A stretch of 13,375 nucleotides of DNA, from the NCBI GenBank assembly GCA_043779265.1, contig JAYWEM010000031.1, positions 1 to 13,375 of the forward strand, in the 5' to 3' direction. The stretch comes from a bacterium (lineage in GTDB: Bacteria; Eisenbacteria; RBG-16-71-46). A program made the translations under genes and the position numbers. Position 1 is the first letter of the stretch. Each line of letters starts with the position of its first letter. This document shows, in pieces, positions 6,598-13,375 of this stretch. Below the pieces are notes generated by a model. That model saw only the letters and a program-made list of their open reading frames with translations, made no database searches and was not told the DNA's origin.

Positions 6598-7464
6598 TCA
6601 GGCCGGCGGGTTCTGCGACCAGTCGTAGAACCCCCGACCGGTCTTCCGCCCGTGCAGACCCGCCATCACCATGCGCTTCAGCAGCGGCGGCGCGGCGAAA
6701 CGCGCTTCCTTGAACTCGTCGAAGAAGATCTCGCTGATGTAGTACGTTGTGTCGAGGCCGACGTAGTCGGTCAGCAGCAGCGGGCCCATGGGGTAGCCGC
6801 AGCCGAGCTTCATCGCGTTGTCGATGTCATCGCGACTCGCCAGCCCCTGCTCGAACACTCGGATGGCGTCGAGCATGTAGGGAACCAGCAGTCGGTTCAC
6901 GACGAAGCCGGTCGAGTCGCCGCAGTTGACCGCCGTCTTGCCGATCGCCATGCACCAGGCATTCGCCTCGGCGATGACACTGGCATCCGTGCGCACGGTC
7001 TTCACGACCTCGACCAGCTTCATGAGCGGAACGGGGTTGAAGAAGTGAAGCCCGATCACGCGCTCGGGTCGCTTGGTGAACGTACTCATCTCGGTGACCG
7101 ACAGGCTCGACGTGTTCGAGGCGAACACGGTCGTGGGCTTGCAGATCGAGTCGAGCGAGCCGAGGAGCTCACGCTTGAGCGCGATGTTCTCGGTCACCGC
7201 CTCGACGACGAGATCGCAATCCGCCAGGTCCTCGAGGTTCGCGGTCCCGGAGAGATTCGCGAGCGTCGTCTCCATGGCCTCCGCGGTCACCTTGCCCTTG
7301 TCGACGCCGCCCTGGAGGAACTTGCGGATCGAGTTCATCCCCTTCTCGAGCGCATTGGGGGAGACTTCGCGGACCACGGTCTTGAATCCGGCCTGCGCGC
7401 TGACCTGCGCGATGCCGGCGCCCATCAGTCCGCAGCCGAGGACGCCCACCTTCTGGATCGCCAT
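6598..7464 (-). CDS. hbd: 3-hydroxybutyryl-CoA (3-hydroxyacyl-CoA) dehydrogenase
   Basis: VLGCGLMGAGIA, VVEAVTEN, FASNTSSLS, GLHFFNPVPLMKLVEV, GFVVNRLL, GYPMGPL, GRKTGRGFY; strong GAGGAGG RBS; 288 aa. Confidence 0.93.
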   Translation of the reverse strand: MAIQKVGVLGCGLMGAGIAQVSAQAGFKTVVREVSPNALEKGMNSIRKFLQGGVDKGKVTAEAMETTLANLSGTANLEDLADCDLVVEAVTENIALKRELLGSLDSICKPTTVFASNTSSLSVTEMSTFTKRPERVIGLHFFNPVPLMKLVEVVKTVRTDASVIAEANAWCMAIGKTAVNCGDSTGFVVNRLLVPYMLDAIRVFEQGLASRDDIDNAMKLGCGYPMGPLLLTDYVGLDTTYYISEIFFDEFKEARFAAPPLLKRMVMAGLHGRKTGRGFYDWSQNPPA

Positions 7465-7523
7465 GTGTACAACCTCCTCGACAGGAGTCGGGGGAGAGGA
7501 ATGTGCGTGGAAGAAGAGCGGGG

Positions 7524-7529
7524 AGACTA
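7524..7529 (-). promoter_or_regulatory. Candidate -10 element for hbd
   Basis: TAGTCT about 60 nt upstream of the hbd ATG; same TAGnnT style as the other -10 candidates here; no convincing -35. Confidence 0.3.
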
Positions 7530-7597
7530 GCCCGGAGCCACGCCTCCTGCCACTCGCGTGAACTCGGGTCGGCTACCTGCCCGAAGCGCCACTCGGC

Positions 7598-9046
7598 TCA
7601 GCGCGGGACGATCGCACGGGGGCGCCCACTGGCTGCTGACCACCACAGACGCGTCAGTCCCAGCGTCTCGGCAGGGGCGGCGGCTCGCGCGTCGAAGCGT
7701 TCCGCTGCGAGTCGCGCATCGAGCCCCGCCTTGCGGACCGTCATCGCCCACCATCGACCCCCTCGATCCGCTGTTCGCTCGAGCGAGTCGGAATCGACCC
7801 GCGCCGCCCCGGGAACCAGCGCCGCTCCCTCGAAATAGGGCAGGTCCCGTCCCATCATCAGTAGGAAGTGGGTCGCCTGCGGCAGGTAGCGTCCCCCCCA
7901 GAACCACGTGTGGCTGTCGCCATGGAACACGACATCTCGCGGTTGGACCTCGATCGCGAGCGCACGCATCACGCGTCCGAATGATTCGGCCTCGGCCTGA
8001 AGCGGTCGGAGCCAAGCGGCGCGAGCGAGGACCAGGATCATCAGGACGGTCAGCGCACCGCGTACTCGCACCGCCGGCAGCGACTGGACGCCGAGCGCGA
8101 GCACGGCCGCGGCGAAGGGGATGGCGAACAACACGTACTTGACGGCGAACATCCGGAAACCAGCGAGGCCAACGAACCAGCAGGCGAGGATGCCTCCACC
8201 TCCGATGCTCCAGAGGAGGGCGGCTTGTCTGCGCCGGCCGGGCACGATCAGCGGGGTGAGCGCGAGCGCCGCGACGGCGAGTGAGGCGAGCGACGAGACG
8301 CTCGCGATCCGTTGCCCGATGTCGAGTAGGTCCGCGCCACTCGGCGGAACCACCCAGTGATCGGCTCGCGCACGATCGATCTGCTTCAGCAGGAGCGGGA
8401 TGAGTGGCGCGAAGCAGGCGCCGGCGATCGCGAGTCCCCCGATCCACGCGCGGAGCTTCCGCCCATCGCGTGCGGTCGCGATCAAGCCCCAGCATGCGAG
8501 CACGGCGATCACGACTCCTGCCAGATAGTGCGTCCACAACGCCATCGCCGCAGCGAGACCGAACTCGATGGCGCGGCGCTTCGAGGGGGCCTCGGTCAGC
8601 CGCTACGCCGTGAGGGCACTGAGCGTCAGGCCGAGCCAGAGCAGCGCATAGGAGCGCGCTTCCTGGGAGATGTAGATGTGCCACGGATGGAATGCGACGA
8701 GCAGCGCCGCGAGGATCCCGGCGCGCGGCCCTCCGAGAGATCGCGCCAGCGCCCACGTCGCGACGACACCGAGCAACCCCGCGACGATCGAGAGTTCACG
8801 CACCCACAGATCGGAGGATCCGACTCGCATCCAAGCCCAGGACACGATGAAGTGGAGGGGCGGGTGGACATCACTCAGCACCACCTGCCACAGGTCACCG
8901 AACGACCGCTGAACAGCCGAGAGCGAATAGAGCTCATCGAACCAGAGCGGAGTCCGCAGCGCCTCGCGCAGTCGCCATCCCGCCGCCAGTGCCAGCGTGA
9001 TCGCGAGGAGGAGACGTTCATGGCGCAAGGGGGCGTGGGGAAGCAT
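7598..9046 (-). pseudogene. GT39/ArnT-like (PMT-2) polytopic membrane glycosyltransferase interrupted by one in-frame TAG at 8605-8603
   Basis: Track ORFs 8603..9046 and 7598..8545 share a frame (offset 501 nt) and join through ...LSALTA*RLTEAPSKRRAIEFGLAAAMALWTHY. GT-C motifs are present: LWFDELYS, DVHPPLHF, SQEARSYAL and THY. Many hydrophobic helices; 482 codons if read through. Confidence 0.8.
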
Positions 9047-9052
9047 GGTCGC

Positions 9053-9062
9053 AGCCTATCCC
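9053..9062 (-). promoter_or_regulatory. -10 element of a probably leaderless glycosyltransferase transcript
   Basis: Minus strand GGGATAGGCT, then gcgacc (6 nt), then the ATG at 9046; identical decamer and spacing to yjbQ. Confidence 0.5.
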
Positions 9063-9093
9063 GGCGAGGGCTGCGCGCGCACGCCCGCGCCGG

Positions 9094-9102
9094 TGATAGT
9101 CT
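9094..9102 (+). promoter_or_regulatory. Extended -10 promoter element for the YCII-apgM-barrel unit
   Basis: TGaTAGTCT (TGnTAnnnT) about 38 nt upstream of TTG 9141. Confidence 0.45.
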
Positions 9103-9140
9103 GCGCACGATCCCGCTCGGCTGACCTTCTGGAGGTCCAC

Positions 9141-9872
9141 TTGCGCACGAAGTCGGCTCTTGTCGTCCTACTCGCCGTTCTGGCCTCATCGTCTGCGCTG
9201 GCGGCGCGTTCCAAGCCAGCCGCCTCGCCCGATCCGATCCGATATCATCTCGGGCTGCTGTGGCGCGGTCCCGCGTGGACCGCCGAGCGCACCCCGGCGA
9301 CGGACAGCATCCAAGTCGGGCACATGGCCAACATCGAGCGCATGGTTCGAGAGGGCCTCCTGCTTGGAGCAGGCCCGTTCGGAAGTCAGACCGCTTTGCG
9401 GGGCGTGTTCTTCTTCCGTGCGGATACCGCCTACGACTTGAACGCGGTCGTGAGCCGCGACCCGGCGATCTCGAGTCGCAGACTCCGCCTCGAGATGATG
9501 CCGTTCATCGCGCCGCCGGGAATGAGCGAGGCCTACTGGGAGCGCAACCGAGCCGGCCTACCCGACTCGATGATCATGGTGAGCTGGGTGTTCCTGAGGC
9601 GAGGCCCGCAGTGGACCTCCAATGTCCCGCCCAAGGTCAGCAAGCTGCTTCGCGAGCATCGTGAATACACCGCCCAGCTCAAGGCGGACGGGCATCTGCC
9701 CTTCGCCGGCGGCATCGAGGGGACCGGGGATCTGCGAGGCGTGTTGATCTTCCGCGGCGACACGACGTCGGCGCGCCGGCTGACCGATCTCGATCCCGCG
9801 ATCAAAGCCGGCCGATTCCGCGCGGAGATCCATCCCTGGTGGACCGGCCTCGGCGTGTTGCCCGGCTTCTAG
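9141..9872 (+). CDS. Exported protein with two tandem YCII (YciI-like) domains
   Basis: GGAGG RBS at 9131-9135 and TTG start at 9141; signal peptide MRTKSALVVLLAVLASSSALA. Two internal repeats: LWRGPAWT..GHMANI..GAGPF..LRGVFFFR..DPAI and LRRGPQWT..EHREYT..FAGGI..LRGVLIFR..DPAI; 243 aa. Confidence 0.8.
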   Translation: MRTKSALVVLLAVLASSSALAARSKPAASPDPIRYHLGLLWRGPAWTAERTPATDSIQVGHMANIERMVREGLLLGAGPFGSQTALRGVFFFRADTAYDLNAVVSRDPAISSRRLRLEMMPFIAPPGMSEAYWERNRAGLPDSMIMVSWVFLRRGPQWTSNVPPKVSKLLREHREYTAQLKADGHLPFAGGIEGTGDLRGVLIFRGDTTSARRLTDLDPAIKAGRFRAEIHPWWTGLGVLPGF

Positions 9873-9904
9873 GATCGACCGACCCACCCCACAGGGAGAG
9901 CTTC

Positions 9905-11134
9905 GTGAATCCATCGCCCGCATCCCACGTCGAGTCGCTCATCATCCCGGGCAGTTCGAAGATCGTCCTCCTCGTTCTCGATGGCGTGGGCGACTTGCCG
10001 AACCGGGAACACTCGGGTCAGACGCCGCTCGAGGCGGCGAAGACGCCGAACCTCGACGCGATCGCGCCCGAGGCGGAACTCGGGCGACTGATCCCCGTCG
10101 CCCCCGGTATCACGCCCGGTAGCGGCCCCGGACATTTGGCGCTCTTCGGCTACGATCCGCTGACGCATCTCGTCGGGCGCGGGATGCTCGAGGCGCTCGG
10201 AGCGGCGATCCCGCTTCAGCCGGGCGACGTCGCCGCACGCGCCAACTTCTGCACGATCGACGCCGCGAGCATCGTGACCGACCGGCGCGCCGGTCGCATC
10301 GCGAGCGACGTGTGCGAGCGTCTCGTCACGAGACTCCAGGCCGAGGCCACACGTTTCGAGGATGTCGAGGTGATCCTCCAGTCGGGCAAGGGGCATCGCT
10401 TCGTCGCGGTGCTGAGAGGTCCGGGACTCGGCGGCGATGTCTCGGATGCCGATCCCCACAAAGAGGGCAAGCCCATCCCCGCGGCGCGTGCGCTGACGGG
10501 TGGCGACGCGAACGACAAGACGGCGCGAATCGTGAACGCGTTCATCGCGCGCGCTCTCGACGTGCTGTCGAGTGAGTCGCCGGCCAACGCCGCCATGATG
10601 CGAGGGCTGTCCGCACGGCCGCACTTCGCCGGCTACCTCGAGCGATTCGGTCTGCGCGCGGCCGCCATCGCCGCCTACCCGATGTACCGCGGCGTCGCCG
10701 AGCTCGCCGGAATGGACCGATTCATCCCGAAGGGCGAGGACGCGGCAGCCGCCTTCGCCGAGGCTGGCCGGATCTGGGCCGAGCACGACTACGTGTTCAT
10801 CCACATCAAGGGAACGGACATGGCGGGGGAGGATGGCGACTTCCGGCGCAAGGTCGAGGTGATCGAGCAGGTGGACGCCGCCCTGCCGAGTCTGCTGGCA
10901 TTGCGACCCGACGTGCTCGCGATCACCGGGGATCACTCCACACCGGTGGCGATGAAGGGACACTCCTGGCACCCGGTGCCGGTGCTGCTTCGAAGCAGCG
11001 TCGCCTTCGCCGATGGCCACCCTCGGTTCCATGAGAAGCATTGCCGGGCCGGGAGCCTCGGAACACTTGCCAGTAAGCACCTCATCGCGGTATTGCTCGC
11101 CAACGCCGGGCGTCTCGACAAGTACGGAGCGTGA
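9905..11134 (+). CDS. apgM: 2,3-bisphosphoglycerate-independent phosphoglycerate mutase, ApgM (archaeal-type) family
   Basis: LVLDGVGD, TPLEAAKTPNLD, TPGSGPGHLALFGYDP (catalytic Ser), GRGMLEALG, DRRAGRI, TDMAGEDG, ITGDHSTP, HSWHPVP. GTG start at 9905 after a GGGAG RBS; 409 aa. Confidence 0.9.
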   Translation: MNPSPASHVESLIIPGSSKIVLLVLDGVGDLPNREHSGQTPLEAAKTPNLDAIAPEAELGRLIPVAPGITPGSGPGHLALFGYDPLTHLVGRGMLEALGAAIPLQPGDVAARANFCTIDAASIVTDRRAGRIASDVCERLVTRLQAEATRFEDVEVILQSGKGHRFVAVLRGPGLGGDVSDADPHKEGKPIPAARALTGGDANDKTARIVNAFIARALDVLSSESPANAAMMRGLSARPHFAGYLERFGLRAAAIAAYPMYRGVAELAGMDRFIPKGEDAAAAFAEAGRIWAEHDYVFIHIKGTDMAGEDGDFRRKVEVIEQVDAALPSLLALRPDVLAITGDHSTPVAMKGHSWHPVPVLLRSSVAFADGHPRFHEKHCRAGSLGTLASKHLIAVLLANAGRLDKYGA

Positions 11135-12292
11135 ATGCCCTACCGACGCCTGTTGTTCGCCCTGCTGGCCGTTGTCTCGTGGACGTCCGCGGCGCTCGCG
11201 ATCACCCCGCCGCCCTATGACCCCATCCGCTTCGCCTTCCCCGGCTCGATTCCTTCGCCAGGAGATGCCGCTTCCGCTGCTCTCGCGGGCGCGGATCGTT
11301 GGCTGTCGTCGGTCGCCGGCGGCAATCCCGCATCGATGCCGCACTCCACGGGCGTCACGCTGTCGCCGATCCTCCAGCGGATCAGCCGCCAGGATCTGAG
11401 CGCGGAGAATCGCGAGTTCTCCCAGACGACGTTCTTCCTCGACGGCGCGAGCGGCCAGCTCGCATGGCGCGCGGGGGAGTGGGGCCTGCGCCTCGAAGCC
11501 TCACAGCCCATGCTCCGCCGCGAGACGAGCACGTTCAGCGTTGCGATCGGCGGTGCGGTCACGCAGCCGGCCCGCGTGCAAGTCGATGCGCAAGCGCGCG
11601 AGTCGCGCGCCGCACTCGCGCTCTCTCGCGCCTCGGGTGCATGGAGGTTCGGGGCGGCCGCCGAGCTGTCCCAGCGTTCGGACCGCTACACGACGATCGA
11701 GGTCTCCGGTTCTCCCGAGTCCGGCGAGCGCGAGTTGGCGTTCGAAGGATCGGCGCTCGGCGGTTCGGCCGGCGCCACCTGGTCCCGGAATGCGGAATCG
11801 AGATGGGGCATCGAGGTGGGTGCAGCGGCTCGATTCGTCGGGGCGATCGATGCGACGTTCGAGAGCGTGAGCGAGTTGCTCTCGGGGACGTCGGTCTCGA
11901 CCGGGGAGGCTGACCGCGACGCGACGTGGGAGGCTGGAGCCTCGGCGCGCATCACCGTGGATCCTCGCGGAGGACATGCGTGGGCCTGTCTCGAGACGCG
12001 CAGTGCGGAACGATGGCCCGGTCTCTCGCTCGCATCGGATCGCGCCGCCGCGTGGCGCATCGGGTACGACTATCGGGACTCGGCGACGCCCTGGGTCGTT
12101 CGAGTCGGGGCGGGGCAGGAGGTCCAGCCCGGCACCCCCGAGCCTCGCGCGACGGCCATCGGAGTGGGGCTCGGATGGCGGGCCGACGACCTCCGGTTCG
12201 ATCTCGGTGTGACCCACCGGTCGATCCGACGCGGTGAGGCACCCATTCAGACCGACACGCGGCTCGTGGGCAGTGTGGGGATCGACTTCTGA
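11135..12292 (+). CDS. Probable outer-membrane beta-barrel protein, distantly FadL/PorV-like
   Basis: Signal peptide MPYRRLLFALLAVVSWTSAALA; ALAGAD...GNPASM segment; alternating amphipathic strands (WRFGAAAELSQR, WGIEVGAAARF, WRIGYDYR, WVVRVGAG, LRFDLGVTH); terminal strand LVGSVGIDF ending in Phe. ATG directly abuts the apgM TGA. Confidence 0.7.
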   Translation: MPYRRLLFALLAVVSWTSAALAITPPPYDPIRFAFPGSIPSPGDAASAALAGADRWLSSVAGGNPASMPHSTGVTLSPILQRISRQDLSAENREFSQTTFFLDGASGQLAWRAGEWGLRLEASQPMLRRETSTFSVAIGGAVTQPARVQVDAQARESRAALALSRASGAWRFGAAAELSQRSDRYTTIEVSGSPESGERELAFEGSALGGSAGATWSRNAESRWGIEVGAAARFVGAIDATFESVSELLSGTSVSTGEADRDATWEAGASARITVDPRGGHAWACLETRSAERWPGLSLASDRAAAWRIGYDYRDSATPWVVRVGAGQEVQPGTPEPRATAIGVGLGWRADDLRFDLGVTHRSIRRGEAPIQTDTRLVGSVGIDF

Positions 12293-12385
12293 GTCCTCTC
12301 TTCACTCTGCCACAATCAGTTACGCAGGCTGATTCATGCATCGGTTCAGATGCCTTCGCGACGTCGACCGAGGCTGCGGAGCCTA

Positions 12386-12394
12386 TGCTAGACT
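12386..12394 (+). promoter_or_regulatory. Extended -10 promoter element for tRNA-Leu/tig
   Basis: TGcTAGACT followed by a GC-rich discriminator-like stretch (CCGCCGCG), about 90 nt upstream of the tRNA. Confidence 0.5.
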
Positions 12395-12484
12395 CCGCCG
12401 CGCTTCTTCGCACAGGAGACCGCCCGCTCGTCGAGCACGGCCCTCCGGGCCCCGACCCTCCGCTCGGGTCGGCTGGACATGCAT

Positions 12485-12566
12485 GCGAGAGTGGCGGAAC
12501 TGGCAGACGCGCCGGATTTAGGTTCCGGTGAGGTGACTCTTGGGGGTTCGAGTCCCCCCTCTCGCA
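12485..12566 (+). tRNA. tRNA-Leu, anticodon TAG; CCA not encoded
   Basis: Acceptor stem GCGAGAG/CTCTCGC with discriminator A; D-arm GGCGGAACTGGCAGACGC; anticodon arm CCGGA-TTTAGGT-TCCGG (TAG at 12519-12521); long variable arm; T-arm GGGGG-TTCGAGT-CCCCC. Confidence 0.97.
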
Positions 12567-12650
12567 CGTCGTTCCCCGGAAGTCCCGAGCCGACGCGCCA
12601 CCGAATCCCGAACCTCCACTTCAAGACACGAACGAAGGGTGATGCTCCCG

Positions 12651-13375
12651 ATGAATCATTCCGTCCGAGAGACCGGTCCCGCGCAGCGCACGATCGACAT
12701 CGAACTGCCGCTCGAGGAGGTCGAGTCCCATCTCGACACTGCCGCGCGCGAACTCCAGCGCCGCGCGGTGATGCCGGGCTTCCGCAAGGGCAAGGTGCCG
12801 CTCGATCGCGTCCGCCAGGACTTCGCGGCCCAGATCGAGCACGAGTTCCTCGAGCGCGCCATCCCGCGCGTCACCTCGCAGGCGCTCGGCGAGGCCGGCC
12901 TCACGCCGGTCATCCCGCCCTATGTCCACAATGTCAAGTTCCAGCCGGGCCAGCCGCTTCGGTTCGAGGCGGTCGTCGACCTCGCGCCGGCGGTCGAGCT
13001 CAAGGAGTGGAATGGTCTGCCGGCCGTGCGGCGTGTGCGCTCATTCGACGACGCCGCCGTCGACAAGGTGATGTCCGAGCTGCGCGACGATGCCGCGATC
13101 TTCGTCGATGTCGATCGTGCGGCGGAGGCAGGGGACATCGTGCTGCTCGACTCGCAACGCCTCGATGCCAACGGCCGCCGGCTCGCGAACACGCGCGCCA
13201 AGAACACCCGCGTTCTGCTGGGTGGGCCCGATCTGCTCCCCGAGCTCCAGCAGGGCCTGATGGGGGCCCAGGAGGGGCAGGAGCGCACATTGACCGTCAA
13301 TTACCCGGCGGATTACCGGCAGGCGGAGGTCGCAGGGAAGACCGTCCGCTACGTCGTGAAGGTCCGCAAGATCCA
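12651..13375 (+). CDS. tig: Trigger factor; 3' end runs off the window
   Basis: Hand translation MNHSVRETGPAQRTIDIELP...AVMPGFRKGKVP (ribosome-binding signature GFRxGxxP)...RAAEAGDIVLLD...TVNYPADYRQAEVAGKTVRYVVKVRKI. The tRNA-Leu-tig order is common in bacteria. An alternative in-frame ATG lies at 12642. Confidence 0.95.
   Translation, partial: MNHSVRETGPAQRTIDIELPLEEVESHLDTAARELQRRAVMPGFRKGKVPLDRVRQDFAAQIEHEFLERAIPRVTSQALGEAGLTPVIPPYVHNVKFQPGQPLRFEAVVDLAPAVELKEWNGLPAVRRVRSFDDAAVDKVMSELRDDAAIFVDVDRAAEAGDIVLLDSQRLDANGRRLANTRAKNTRVLLGGPDLLPELQQGLMGAQEGQERTLTVNYPADYRQAEVAGKTVRYVVKVRKI

Noticed and set aside
7527..8756. 409-aa minus-strand ORF as a frameshifted continuation of the glycosyltransferase
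   Set aside because: It is an Arg/Pro-rich off-frame product. The true continuation is in the same frame as the N-terminal half, so no frameshift is needed.
12485..12566. tRNA with TAG anticodon as a suppressor of the amber codon at 8603
   Set aside because: Anticodon UAG reads CUA (Leu). An amber suppressor needs anticodon CUA.
12567..12650. Integrated element at the tRNA-Leu 3' end
   Set aside because: tig follows within about 85 nt. There is no integrase and I saw no duplicated tRNA 3' end, so the site looks empty.

Overview
High-GC chromosomal window from a bacterium that is probably diderm (a beta-barrel candidate and a TonB-C-like domain are present). It is mostly housekeeping genes. 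Minus strand: a truncated exported TPR protein with a TonB-C-like tail (missed by the ORF track), a short-form LeuA-family DRE-TIM enzyme and a thiolase. Plus strand: yjbQ and a GNAT acetyltransferase. Minus strand: a helical-domain/nucleotidyltransferase fusion, proC, a 3-hydroxybutyryl-CoA dehydrogenase, and a GT39/ArnT-like membrane glycosyltransferase interrupted by one in-frame TAG. Plus strand: an exported tandem-YCII protein, an ApgM-type phosphoglycerate mutase, a FadL/PorV-like outer-membrane barrel, tRNA-Leu(TAG) and trigger factor (truncated, also missed by the track). I see no mobile element, CRISPR array or clear defence system. Best leads are the amber-interrupted glycosyltransferase, the proC-coupled NTase fusion, the leuA-coupled TPR/TonB-C protein, and two apparently leaderless genes sharing GGGATAGGCT-N6-ATG. 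All family calls come from motif recognition by eye; no searches were run.
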